Assembly: GCA_017961365.1 (NCBI GenBank)
Contig: JAGCXI010000057.1
Coordinates: forward strand, 1 to 61,569
Source: Clostridia bacterium
GTDB taxonomy: Bacteria > Bacillota > Clostridia > Christensenellales > CAG-1252
Direction: 5' to 3'
Length of the DNA stretch: 61,569 nucleotides
Below are positions 12,343-21,990 of the stretch, piece by piece; the stretch's first letter is position 1; every line of letters begins with the position of its first letter. The notes beneath the pieces are model-generated. The model ran no database searches. It was not told where the DNA came from and saw only the letters and a program-made list of their open reading frames with translations. Made by a program: the position numbers and the translations under genes.

Positions 12343-13338
12343 ATGTCTAAATTGATGGATGAAATCAAGCAAAAAGCCGTTTTGCTGAATAAGCATATCG
12401 CACTCGCGGAAGGCGAAGAAGAGCGTATCATTCGCGCCGCGGAGATCATCAGCGAGAAAAAGATCGCTCGTTTGACCTTGGTGGGAGATCCCGCGGTCAT
12501 TTATGCGAAGTGTCCGGATGCGAAGCTGGACGGCGTTACGATCGTTGATCCGAATCACAGCGAGCTCACCGCGAAATACGCCGAATTGCTCTATAATATC
12601 CGCAAGGCGAAAGGAATGACGGAAGAGGACGCGGCGCGTCTTGCGAAGGATTGCACGTATTTCGCCGTTCTTATGGTGAAAGCGGGCGACGCGGACGGCA
12701 TGGTGTCCGGCGCGGTGCATAGCACGGGCGACACCCTTCGTCCCGCTCTTCAGATCATCAAGACGGCGCCCGGGATCAGCACGGTGTCAAGCTGCTTCAT
12801 TATGTGCTTGCCGGAAGGTTCTCGCTATGGTGAGAAGGACGTTATGGTCTATGGTGACTGCGCGGTAAATATCGACCCGAATGAAGAGCAACTTGCCGAT
12901 ATCGCGATCGCGAGCGCGGAGAGCGCGGTGAAGATCGCAGGGATCGAGCCGAGAGTGGCGATGCTTTCTTTCTCCACGAAGGGCAGCGCGAAGCACGATA
13001 ACGTCACGAAGGTGCAGAACGCCACGAGGATCGCGCATGAGAAAGCGCCCGACCTTATGTTGGACGGCGAGCTTCAGCTCGACGCGGCGCTTGTCCCCGA
13101 AGTGGCTTCATTGAAAGCGCCCGGCAGTGCCGTGGCGGGCAAGGCGAACGTCCTTGTTTTCCCCGATCTGCAAGCGGGCAATATCGGATATAAGCTCACG
13201 CAGAGGCTCGGCGGTGCGGAAGCCATCGGCCCCATCTGCCAAGGTCTTGCCGCTCCCGTGAATGATCTTTCCCGCGGCTGCGTGGCGGAGGATGTTGTCG
13301 GCGTTGTGGCTGTGACTGCCGTTCAATGCGTGAAATAA
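12343..13338 (+). CDS. pta: Phosphate acetyltransferase
   Basis: 331 aa, short (PTA_PTB-only) form: [15 protein letters not shown]..., [19 protein letters not shown]. Confidence 0.9.
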   Translation: MSKLMDEIKQKAVLLNKHIALAEGEEERIIRAAEIISEKKIARLTLVGDPAVIYAKCPDAKLDGVTIVDPNHSELTAKYAELLYNIRKAKGMTEEDAARLAKDCTYFAVLMVKAGDADGMVSGAVHSTGDTLRPALQIIKTAPGISTVSSCFIMCLPEGSRYGEKDVMVYGDCAVNIDPNEEQLADIAIASAESAVKIAGIEPRVAMLSFSTKGSAKHDNVTKVQNATRIAHEKAPDLMLDGELQLDAALVPEVASLKAPGSAVAGKANVLVFPDLQAGNIGYKLTQRLGGAEAIGPICQGLAAPVNDLSRGCVAEDVVGVVAVTAVQCVK

Positions 13339-13348
13339 GGAGAGGAAT

Positions 13349-14545
13349 ATGAAAATACTCGTTATCAATGCAGGAAGTTCTTCTTTGAAATATCAGCTCA
13401 TCGAGATGGAGACGGAGAGTGTCATCGCGAAGGGCGTTTGCGAGCGTGTCACGATGCCGAAGTCCGCTTTGACGCATCAGGCGAATGGAGAGAAGATCGT
13501 GATCGAGCACGATATGCCCACCCATACCGAAGCTTTGAATATGGTGCTTTCCGCGCTTACTTCCAAGGAGTACGGCGTGGTGAAGAGTCTCTCCGAGATC
13601 AATGCGGTCGGTCATCGCGTGCTTCACGGCGCGGAGGATTTCAAAGAGTCCGTTTTGATCGACGACGAAGTCGTCCGCATCTGCGAGAAGAATAAAGAGC
13701 TCGGGCCGCTTCATATGCCCGCGAATATCGCTTGCATCTGCGCTTGCCGTAAGCTTTTGCCCGTGCCGCAGGTCGCGGCTTTCGACACGTCTTTCCATCA
13801 GACGATGCCCGACTATGCTTTCCGTTATGCGCTTCCCGACGAGTATTACACGGAATGGCGTATGCGCCGTTTCGGATTCCACGGTACGAGCCATAAATAT
13901 GTCTCTTCCGAGGCGATCAAGTATCTTGGCAATAAGGATGCGAAGATCATCACTTGTCATCTCGGGAACGGATCTTCGATGGCGGCGGTCAAGGCAGGGA
14001 AGTGCGTCGACACTTCGATGGGATACACCCCGCTCGCAGGCGTTCCGATGGGGACGCGCAGCGGCGATATCGATCCCGCTCTCTTGGAAGCCATTATGAA
14101 TAAGACAGGTATGAGCATCTCCGATGCGGTGAACGTTTGCTTGAATAAGCGTAGCGGCGTATACGGCATCGCAGGCGTCAGCGATTTCAGAGATCTCGAC
14201 AAGCTCTGCAATGAAGGCAATGACAAGGCGCGCCTCGCCCTTGATATGTTCGCATACGGCGTGAAGAAATATATCGGCAGCTATGCGGCGGCGATGAACG
14301 GCGTGGACGCTCTCGTTATGACGGGCGGTATCGGTGAGAACAGCACGAGCGTTCGTCGCAGGATCTTGAAGGATCTCGATTATCTCGGCATCAAAGTGGA
14401 TTTTGCGAAGAATGACGAAGCCCGCGGCGTATTCTCGGATATCTCGGCGGCGGACAGCAAAGTAAAAGTGCTCGTGATCCCCACGAACGAAGAGCTCGTC
14501 ATCGCGCGCGATACCAAGGCGCTTGTGGAGTCTGCGGCGAAGTAA
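13349..14545 (+). CDS. ackA: Acetate kinase
   Basis: MKILVINAGSSSLKYQL, RFGFHGTSH, GGIGENS. Confidence 0.95.
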   Translation: MKILVINAGSSSLKYQLIEMETESVIAKGVCERVTMPKSALTHQANGEKIVIEHDMPTHTEALNMVLSALTSKEYGVVKSLSEINAVGHRVLHGAEDFKESVLIDDEVVRICEKNKELGPLHMPANIACICACRKLLPVPQVAAFDTSFHQTMPDYAFRYALPDEYYTEWRMRRFGFHGTSHKYVSSEAIKYLGNKDAKIITCHLGNGSSMAAVKAGKCVDTSMGYTPLAGVPMGTRSGDIDPALLEAIMNKTGMSISDAVNVCLNKRSGVYGIAGVSDFRDLDKLCNEGNDKARLALDMFAYGVKKYIGSYAAAMNGVDALVMTGGIGENSTSVRRRILKDLDYLGIKVDFAKNDEARGVFSDISAADSKVKVLVIPTNEELVIARDTKALVESAAK

Positions 14546-14576
14546 AAGTTCGGAAATAAAATCTTGATGATTTTTG

Positions 14577-14605
14577 TTGACAGGCTTTTATGTTTTTACT
14601 ATAAT
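14577..14605 (+). promoter_or_regulatory. Consensus sigma-70 promoter for rpmF
   Basis: TTGACA (14577-14582), 17-nt spacer, TATAAT (14600-14605). Confidence 0.7.
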
Positions 14606-14654
14606 TAATAATCGTTAGTGTAACTTATCTCACGTTGAATAGGAGGTGTATGAT

Positions 14655-14846
14655 ATGGCAGTACCGAAGTGTAAATCATCGAAATCGAGGAGAGATTCCC
14701 GCGCGGCGAATTGGAAGATCAGCGGACCTACTCTCGTAGAATGTCCCAACTGTCATGAGCTTATCCAGAGCCATAGAGTTTGTCCCTCTTGCGGATACTA
14801 TGGACAAAGAAAAGTCGTGGAAATCAAGACGAAGTCGAATGACTGA
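14655..14846 (+). CDS. rpmF: 50S ribosomal protein L32 (Cys4 zinc-ribbon form)
   Basis: MAVPKCKSSKSRRDSR..., CPNC...CPSCG. GGAGG lies 8 nt upstream of the ATG at 14655; the track uses the GTG at 14646. Confidence 0.9.
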   Translation: MAVPKCKSSKSRRDSRAANWKISGPTLVECPNCHELIQSHRVCPSCGYYGQRKVVEIKTKSND

Positions 14847-14853
14847 TGAAATT

Positions 14854-14881
14854 CGCTTGACGAAAGTCAAGCGTTTTTTTT
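14854..14881 (+). terminator. Rho-independent terminator after rpmF
   Basis: CGCTTGAC-gaaa-GTCAAGCG followed by T8. Confidence 0.8.
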
Positions 14882-14933
14882 GTCAAGCAGTTTCGGGACT
14901 TTCCGAGAAGGGAAAGATATTGAGGGAGGATTT

Positions 14934-15920
14934 ATGCGAATAGCGGTAGACGGATACGGCGGGGATCATTCTCCGTTTGAGGTGGTGAAAGGCGCTTGTG
15001 AGGCACTTCGTCTCGACCCGACCTTGGAGATCGTGCTTACGGGTAAGACGGAAGAGATGCTTTCGATCGCGGGAGGTGAGACTTTCGGCGGTAGGCTCAC
15101 GATGTGTCCCGCGAATGAGGTGATCTCTTGTGAGGAAACGCCCACGCTCGCGATCCGCAGGAAAAAAGAAAGCTCCCTTGTTGTCGCGCTTGATCTTGTG
15201 GAAAAAGGGGAAGCGGACGCGCTTGTTTCCGCAGGCTCGACGGGCGCCGTCCTCATCGGCGCCACCTTGAAGATCGGCAGGCTCGAAGGAGTGGAGAGAC
15301 CCGCGCTTGCGCCCGCTTTGCCTACGGTCACGGGCGGAAAAGTCATTCTTTGTGATTGCGGAGCGAACGTGGATTGCAAGCCCTCTTATCTTGTCGGGTT
15401 CGCCAAAATGGCGTCTGCTTATGCCAAAGGCGTCTTCGGCGTGGAGACTCCGCGCGTTGCGCTTTTGAATAACGGCGCGGAATCCGCGAAAGGGAATGCT
15501 TTCTCCGTGGAGGCATATCATTTGTTGTCGGAGGCAGCCGACATTCGTTTTGTCGGAAATGTCGAAGCGAGAGACATCCTCTCTGGAAATGTGGATGTGG
15601 TCGTCGCGGACGGATTCGACGGGAATATCGCTTTAAAGAGCGCGGAAGGGACTGCAAACGCGGTCTTTTCGCTTCTTAAAGAAAAGGTAAATGGGTCTTT
15701 TCGCGCGAAATTGGGCGCGTTGCTCTTAAAACCGATTTTCAAAGAATTGAAGAAAACCCTCGATTATAACGAGCAGGGCGGGGCCGCCTTCCTCGGCGTC
15801 AAAAAGCCTGTGGTGAAAGCGCATGGAGCTTCCAAAGCGAAGTCGATCTGCGGTGCGATCCTCCAGGCGAGAGATATGGTTCTCGGCGGCGTATGCGAGA
15901 TGGTCTCGAAGGGAGAATAA
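14934..15920 (+). CDS. plsX: Phosphate acyltransferase PlsX
   Basis: MRIAVDGYGGDHSP with a GAGGGAGG RBS. The track start at 14880 is upstream of the RBS. Confidence 0.9.
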   Translation: MRIAVDGYGGDHSPFEVVKGACEALRLDPTLEIVLTGKTEEMLSIAGGETFGGRLTMCPANEVISCEETPTLAIRRKKESSLVVALDLVEKGEADALVSAGSTGAVLIGATLKIGRLEGVERPALAPALPTVTGGKVILCDCGANVDCKPSYLVGFAKMASAYAKGVFGVETPRVALLNNGAESAKGNAFSVEAYHLLSEAADIRFVGNVEARDILSGNVDVVVADGFDGNIALKSAEGTANAVFSLLKEKVNGSFRAKLGALLLKPIFKELKKTLDYNEQGGAAFLGVKKPVVKAHGASKAKSICGAILQARDMVLGGVCEMVSKGE

Positions 15921-15921
15921 T

Positions 15922-16548
15922 ATGTCTGATTTTTCTCTTTTACAAGCTAAAATAGGATATTCTTTCAAGGACGAAACGCTCCTTGCGAGAGCCTTGACGC
16001 ATAGCTCCGCGAGCACAGATAATTACGAGCGTTTGGAATTTCTCGGTGACAGTCTTGTGAATTACGTCGTATCCGACATTCTTTATCGCGAGAGCGCTCT
16101 CGAGGCGGGGGAGATGTCCAAGACCCGCGCTTCGATGGTCTCCAAGGAGCCGCTTTCTTTTCTTTCGGACGAGCTGGGATTTTCCGCTGCTTGCCGCAGA
16201 AAAAATTGCGCGCTTTCCGTCAAGATGAAATGCGACCTGTATGAGGCGGTCACCGCGGCGATCTGTTTGGACGGTGGCATTCGGGAGGCGGTGGATTTCG
16301 TGCAGCGCACGATCCGCACTTTGCCTTTCCGCGCAAAGGATTATAAGAGCGAGCTTAAAGAGCTTTGCGAGAAGCATCGTTGGAGCTATCACGCGCCGAA
16401 TACCGTCTCCGTCACGAAAAAAGGACAGGTTTTCACCGTGGAAGTCTATGTCGACGGTAAGAGCGTCGGCGTCGGAAAAGGCGGAAGCATTCGCGCCGCG
16501 GAAAACGAAGCTTGCAAGCCGGGTTTGGCAAAGATTTCCGAGGGATAA
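15922..16548 (+). CDS. rnc: Ribonuclease III
   Basis: RNase III signature ERLEFLGDSLVNYVVSDILY and a C-terminal dsRBD. The ATG is 2 nt after the plsX stop. Confidence 0.9.
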   Translation: MSDFSLLQAKIGYSFKDETLLARALTHSSASTDNYERLEFLGDSLVNYVVSDILYRESALEAGEMSKTRASMVSKEPLSFLSDELGFSAACRRKNCALSVKMKCDLYEAVTAAICLDGGIREAVDFVQRTIRTLPFRAKDYKSELKELCEKHRWSYHAPNTVSVTKKGQVFTVEVYVDGKSVGVGKGGSIRAAENEACKPGLAKISEG

Positions 16549-16622
16549 AACCTTCTTGCGGGATTTTATCTCTTTTTCGGAAAAGATACGGCTCTCTTTT
16601 TCATTACTTTGTCGAAATCACT

Positions 16623-16651
16623 TTATTTTTACTACGTAAGTATGCTATAAT
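16623..16651 (+). promoter_or_regulatory. Possible extended -10 promoter for smc
   Basis: TGcTATAAT (16643-16651) with a weak -35 (ttattt). Confidence 0.4.
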
Positions 16652-16692
16652 CTCATAAAATAGGTTTTTTGTGACCTATCGATGGGAGACGC

Positions 16693-19600
16693 ATGGTAAA
16701 TTTCAAGAGACTCGAACTGCAAGGATTCAAATCCTTTGCCGGCAAGACCGTCATAGACTTTCAGAATAGTTTCACGGGCATTGTCGGACCGAATGGCTGC
16801 GGCAAAAGTAATGTCGCGGACGCTGTTCGTTGGGTTCTCGGCGAGATGAGTGCGAAGGCGCTCCGTGGGCAGAAGATGCAAGACGTCATCTTTAACGGCA
16901 CGGAAAAGCGTCCTTCGATGTCTTATTGCGAAGTCTCCCTCGTTTTCGATAATTCCAATCATATTTTCAAGACGGACAGAGAAGAAGTCGTTGTCACGCG
17001 TAAGCTCTATCGTTCCGGTACGAGCGAGTATTATTTGAACCACAATATTTGCCGTTTGCGCGATATTCTCGATATTATGCGCGATACGGGCGCGGGCAAG
17101 GACGGTTATTCCATCATCGGACAGGGAAAAGTGGCGGAGATCATGGAGTCCAAGCCTATCGACAGACGTCAGATCTTCGAAGAGGCGGCAGGCATCGCGA
17201 AGACCAAAGCGGAAAAGGTGGAGACGGAGCGTAAGCTCGGCCGCGCGGGCGAAGACATCGTTCGTTTGTCCGATATAACGGCGGAGCTCGAGCGCCAGCT
17301 CGTTCCTCTCGCAAAGCAGCGCGACGCCGCGCAGAAATTCTTTGAGTACAAAGAGCAGATGCGCTATCAAGAGGTGAATTATTATCTCCATTCGCGCGAA
17401 GACAGCGTCCGCAAAAAAAGAGTCATCGCCGAGAATGTAAAGGCGTATACGGAAGAGCTCCGTCAAAAGGAGAGCGATTCTCTCCATCTTGCCATGCGCC
17501 ATAATCAAACGCTTGAGGACATCGAGGCGAATGAAAAGGCAGTGCGTTCCCTCTTCGAGGAGAGAGAAAAGCTCAAGGTCAGCAGTGAGAAGAATAGCGG
17601 CTTAATGGCTGTTTATAAAGGCAAGATCGACCATCTTACGGAGGAGAAAGCAAGGCTCGAAGCCGAGTTGGAAGAAGCGGAGAAAGAGTATGGGGTCACT
17701 TCCGAGACCCTCCTCGAAGCGGGCAGTATTCTGGATATTCGAAGAAAAGAGTCCTATCTTGCGGAGCAGAGGTTGCGCGGCTTGACCTCTAAATTGTATG
17801 AATTGTCCGAAGAGATCGCAGGCAATGAAAGCTCGATCGAGCGTTCGAATAATGAAGTTTTCGACGTCTTCGGCAGGCTCTCGGACGTCAAATCCTCTCT
17901 CGCGGGATATAATGCGGAAGCGGGTTCGCTCGGACAGCGCAAGTCCTCTCTCGAAGTGGCAGTGCGCACGTCGGCGGCATTGATCGAAAGAGAAGAGAAA
18001 GCGAAGCAGTCTTCGCTCGCTCGTATCGATTCTCTCACGAAGAAAAAGCAAGCGCTTCGCGAAAAGCGCGCTTTGCGCAGCGGAGAATATAACGATCTCC
18101 GACAAACGCTTTATCAGTCTAACGTCCGCTTGAATGCGCTCAATGCCGAATACGGGAATAAAGAGGGCAGAGTTCGCGCTTTGGCGGATATCGTCAGTCA
18201 GCACGAAGGCTATCAGCAAGCGGTAAAGCTCCTTTTGAATGATGCGGCGACGGATCGTACCCTCGCTTCGCATATCGAGGGCGTCGTAGGTCAGCTTATC
18301 AAAGTGCCGCAGGAGTATGAAGTCGCCATCGAGGCGGCGCTCGGCGCTTCCGTCCAGCATATCGTTACGCCCACGGACACGGACGCCGTGTATATCGTTA
18401 ATTATTTGAAAAGTCATGAATACGGCATCGCCACGATGATCCCCGCGAATAAGGCGCGCCCGCAGGCGCTGGCTTATGAATATAGGGGCGTTTTGAATAT
18501 GCGCGGCGCGATCGGCATTTGTTCGGATCTCATCAAGTACGATCCGCGTCATTCCGACGTGATCTCGCAGCTTCTCGGACGCACGGTCATCGCGGAAGAT
18601 CTCGAATGCGCGCGTGAAATGGCGGATCGCTATGACTATGCCGTGAAGATCGTTACGCTCGACGGGGATATCATTGATCCGCGCAGAACGATCACAGGCG
18701 GCAGCCGTCGTCAGAAGACTTCTTTCCATCTCAGCAAGGAGCGTGAGCTTAATGACGCGCAGGAAGAGCTGAAAAAGCTCTTTATCGAGCGAGAGAAGCT
18801 GCGCGCTGACGTCACCCGTATGGAGAATGAGACGAAAGACGTGGAGACGGATATCTATTCTTTGAGAGACGATATCCAGCAGGTGGATCTCGACATTACG
18901 ACGGAGACCGAGCGTATCGCCACGTCCGACGCATTGATCAAAGAGACGACGGATCGCATGACGAGAGATCAAAAAGAGCTCGACGAAGTGGACGCGAAGC
19001 TTGACGTTATTATGAAAGATATCAAGAACGCCGAAGCGCTTAATCAGGATATCGAGGGAAAACGGAAGAGCGCGCAAGGCATGGCGAAGGCATCCAAAGA
19101 GGATACGGAGATCATGCGTAAGCGCAGAGACGCTCTTTCCGCCGCGGTGACGAACGCGCAAGTGGAAGCTTCTTCTTTGCAGATCGAGATCTCGCAGATC
19201 GAAAATGATGTCAAACGCCTTGAAGATGAGAAATCGGCGGGCGAAGCGGTGCTCGGCGATAAAAGGTCTTCATTGCAAGCCGTTCTTGCGGAGATAGAAG
19301 AGACGGAGCGCCATGCGCCCGCTTTGGAATTCTCCGTTTCGGAGCAAGCGCGTCTCGATGAAATCGAAAAAGAGATGCAAATGAAAGACATGGAGAAAGC
19401 TTCGCTTCGCGCTTTGCTCTCGCAGGTGGATAAAGACAGAGACGCCATCAATGACGTCATCAATTCCATTATGGATAAGCGCGCCCGCGAAGAAAGCAAG
19501 GTGGAGAAGATAGACGGTGATCTTGCGTCTTTGCGCGAAAGAGTGCTCGGAGAGTATGAGTTGACGGAAGAAGAGATGCTCGCCCTCCGCGACGAGGACG

Positions 19601-20289
19601 GATTCGACCCGTCGCAAGCTCCCGCCGCGATCGCAAGCCTGCGCGGCAAGATCTCGCAGCTCGGCAGCATCAATTTCAATGCCTTTGAGGATTATGAGAA
19701 CGTTATGGCGCGCCACGAGGAGCTTTCTTCGCAGCTCGAAGACCTCGTGAAAGCGAAAGAGGATTTGGAGAAGCTTATCGCCGCGATGAATGCCGATATG
19801 CTCGGAAAATTCAATGTGGCGTTCGAGCAGATCAATCAGAATTTCAAGAAAACCTTTGCCGATCTTTTCGGCGGCGGCAATGCCGAGCTCGTCCTTGTGG
19901 ACGTCGATCCCGAGCATACGGAAGAGCTTGAAAAGGGCGTTGATATCGTGGTGAAGCTCCCCGGAAAAGCGCAACAGAATTTGCATTCCCTCTCCGGCGG
20001 CGAGCAGGCTTTGACTTCGATCGCCATCCTCTTTGCGATCTTGCGCTTGCGCCCGATGCCGTTCTCTATTTTGGATGAGATCGAGGCGGCGCTGGATGAA
20101 AGTAATACGATCCTTCTTGCAAATTATCTCAAGAAGTACAGCCGTGACACGCAATTCGTGGTCATCACGCATAAAAAGCCCGTTATGGAGCTTGCGGACG
20201 AGCTCTTCGGCGTTACGATGGAGGAGCGCGGCGTGTCGAAAGTCATCGCCGTGAAACTGAGCGATATCGCAGCGAAAGCGGAGGCGTAA
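16693..20289 (+). CDS. smc: Chromosome partition protein Smc
   Basis: 1198 aa; Walker A GPNGCGKSNVADA, long coiled coils and hinge, signature LSGGEQALTSIAILFAI, Walker B FSILDEIEAALD. Confidence 0.95.
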   Translation: MVNFKRLELQGFKSFAGKTVIDFQNSFTGIVGPNGCGKSNVADAVRWVLGEMSAKALRGQKMQDVIFNGTEKRPSMSYCEVSLVFDNSNHIFKTDREEVVVTRKLYRSGTSEYYLNHNICRLRDILDIMRDTGAGKDGYSIIGQGKVAEIMESKPIDRRQIFEEAAGIAKTKAEKVETERKLGRAGEDIVRLSDITAELERQLVPLAKQRDAAQKFFEYKEQMRYQEVNYYLHSREDSVRKKRVIAENVKAYTEELRQKESDSLHLAMRHNQTLEDIEANEKAVRSLFEEREKLKVSSEKNSGLMAVYKGKIDHLTEEKARLEAELEEAEKEYGVTSETLLEAGSILDIRRKESYLAEQRLRGLTSKLYELSEEIAGNESSIERSNNEVFDVFGRLSDVKSSLAGYNAEAGSLGQRKSSLEVAVRTSAALIEREEKAKQSSLARIDSLTKKKQALREKRALRSGEYNDLRQTLYQSNVRLNALNAEYGNKEGRVRALADIVSQHEGYQQAVKLLLNDAATDRTLASHIEGVVGQLIKVPQEYEVAIEAALGASVQHIVTPTDTDAVYIVNYLKSHEYGIATMIPANKARPQALAYEYRGVLNMRGAIGICSDLIKYDPRHSDVISQLLGRTVIAEDLECAREMADRYDYAVKIVTLDGDIIDPRRTITGGSRRQKTSFHLSKERELNDAQEELKKLFIEREKLRADVTRMENETKDVETDIYSLRDDIQQVDLDITTETERIATSDALIKETTDRMTRDQKELDEVDAKLDVIMKDIKNAEALNQDIEGKRKSAQGMAKASKEDTEIMRKRRDALSAAVTNAQVEASSLQIEISQIENDVKRLEDEKSAGEAVLGDKRSSLQAVLAEIEETERHAPALEFSVSEQARLDEIEKEMQMKDMEKASLRALLSQVDKDRDAINDVINSIMDKRAREESKVEKIDGDLASLRERVLGEYELTEEEMLALRDEDGFDPSQAPAAIASLRGKISQLGSINFNAFEDYENVMARHEELSSQLEDLVKAKEDLEKLIAAMNADMLGKFNVAFEQINQNFKKTFADLFGGGNAELVLVDVDPEHTEELEKGVDIVVKLPGKAQQNLHSLSGGEQALTSIAILFAILRLRPMPFSILDEIEAALDESNTILLANYLKKYSRDTQFVVITHKKPVMELADELFGVTMEERGVSKVIAVKLSDIAAKAEA

Positions 20290-20290
20290 G

Positions 20291-21187
20291 ATGGGATTTT
20301 TCGGCAAGATCGCGGATGGACTCAAGCGGACGAAAGAAGCGTTTTCCAAGAAGATATACGAGCTTTTTAAGGGACGTGCGCTCAATGACGAATTTTATGA
20401 AGACCTCGAGATGGCGCTCATCAGCGCGGACGTAGGGGTGGAAACCGCGGCGACTGCCGTGGAAGAGCTCCGTGAGCGTTGCTATGAAAAGCGGCTTTCC
20501 GCGACGGAAGACGCGAAAGGCGTCTTTGCCGAGATCTTGCAAGAAATGATCGATTATGAGGTCCCTCCTTACGAATATCCTTTGTGTATTCTTGTGGCGG
20601 GCGTAAACGGCGTGGGGAAGACGACGGCGATCGGGAAGCTCGCGCATTATTTCACCTCGATGGGAAAGAGCGTCGTGCTTGCGGCGGCGGATACCTTCCG
20701 CGCGGCGGCGGCGGAACAGCTCGGGGTTTGGGCGGATAGAAGCAACGTCCGCATCATCAAGCACGAAGAAGGGGCAGATCCCGCGGCGGTCGTTTATGAC
20801 GCCATCGCTTCTTGCAAAGCCAAGAAGACGGACGTCCTCCTCATCGACACGGCAGGCAGACTCCATAATAAAAAGAACTTGATGGAAGAACTGAAGAAAA
20901 TAAACCGCGTCGTGCTTCGTGATTATCCCGAGGCGGATTACAGGAGTTATATCGTCCTTGACGCCACGACGGGGCAAAACGCCCTCTCGCAAGTGGAGAT
21001 ATTCAATGACGCCATTGATATAGACGGGATCATTCTCACCAAGCTGGACGGCACGGCGAAAGGCGGCGTCGTCATCGCCATCTGCAACGAAATGGAAGTG
21101 CCGGTGCTCTTCGTCGGCGTAGGGGAAGGGAAAGAAGATCTTTTGCCGTTCGACGCCTCGGAATTCATTTCTGCGATCGTCCCCTGA
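20291..21187 (+). CDS. ftsY: Signal recognition particle receptor FtsY (NG domain only)
   Basis: GVNGVGKTTAIGKLA, DTAGRLHN, TKLDGTAKGG. Confidence 0.9.
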   Translation: MGFFGKIADGLKRTKEAFSKKIYELFKGRALNDEFYEDLEMALISADVGVETAATAVEELRERCYEKRLSATEDAKGVFAEILQEMIDYEVPPYEYPLCILVAGVNGVGKTTAIGKLAHYFTSMGKSVVLAAADTFRAAAAEQLGVWADRSNVRIIKHEEGADPAAVVYDAIASCKAKKTDVLLIDTAGRLHNKKNLMEELKKINRVVLRDYPEADYRSYIVLDATTGQNALSQVEIFNDAIDIDGIILTKLDGTAKGGVVIAICNEMEVPVLFVGVGEGKEDLLPFDASEFISAIVP

Positions 21188-21194
21188 TTCAGTT

Positions 21195-21875
21195 ATGCTG
21201 TTTATTTTGGCGAGTGAGCCTATAAATACAGAAACATATAAGTTTTCTATAACTCCTTTGGGTTTGGTTTTGATTATATCGTTAGTTTTTTGCATTATCG
21301 GATTTTTAATCTATGGTAGGATTAAGAAGGGGAATGCCAAATCGGACGAGAAACGGCAAGGAAATAAGGTTATCGAGCTCAATGGTGGAAACAATGAAAA
21401 GCCTATAGGCGAGGGGGTTTCTTCTTTATCTCCCACGACAGATGCTACTCCCCAAGAAAAGGGAGAAGAGCAAAAAGGCGGAAGTTGGAAAATTGCAATA
21501 GGACTTATTTGCGCCGTCATCTTTGTTGTTTTGGTTACAATCATTCCATATATAGTGATGAATCGAAAAGCAGGTTCTGCCGGAATCATTTCGCGTAGCG
21601 CGAATAACGCTGATATTACAATTAAGCAGGACGAGTCTCTTTCCTTTAGCTATAATTTGAAAATTACCCCAAAGTCGGATATTGAGAATCTCCAAATTGA
21701 GTTTAAATTCTATGATCAAAAGGGAACACTTCTTTGCACAAAAAATAAAATCATCGGAAATGTAAGTAAAAACACACAGTACAGCGTATCTTTTGCTTTG
21801 TCTGAGTTCAGCATTTCTTCTTTAACGCAAATAAGTCGCTATTCATGGACTGTCTGCGGCGGAACCGTCAAATAG
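21195..21875 (+). CDS. Orphan membrane protein with two predicted TM helices and a C-terminal beta-rich domain
   Basis: 226-aa ORF in a visibly AT-rich block. Hydrophobic stretches LGLVLIISLVFCIIGFLIYG and WKIAIGLICAVIFVVLVTIIPYIV. The C-terminal ~100 aa has alternating beta-strand character (IEFKFYDQKG, loosely FxLYD-like). No clear RBS, so the start is uncertain. Confidence 0.5.
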   Translation: MLFILASEPINTETYKFSITPLGLVLIISLVFCIIGFLIYGRIKKGNAKSDEKRQGNKVIELNGGNNEKPIGEGVSSLSPTTDATPQEKGEEQKGGSWKIAIGLICAVIFVVLVTIIPYIVMNRKAGSAGIISRSANNADITIKQDESLSFSYNLKITPKSDIENLQIEFKFYDQKGTLLCTKNKIIGNVSKNTQYSVSFALSEFSISSLTQISRYSWTVCGGTVK

Positions 21876-21929
21876 CGGAATAAATGATTTTTGCGATTCA
21901 AGAAAAAAACTAATGTCAAGTAAAAATGC

Positions 21930-21958
21930 TTGACAGGTGATCGCTTTTGTTTTATACT
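21930..21958 (+). promoter_or_regulatory. Sigma-70-type promoter for ylxM-ffh
   Basis: TTGACA (21930-21935), 17-nt spacer, TATACT (21953-21958). Confidence 0.65.
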
Positions 21959-21990
21959 GTGTAAAGTAATTTTGCTTTATAGGGGATAAG

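Noticed and set aside
17602-19161. 519-aa minus-strand ORF inside smc. Similar ORFs at 16645-17508, 19270-20385 and 20243-21295.
   Set aside because: Mirror frames of smc and ftsY, with the same arithmetic and composition argument.
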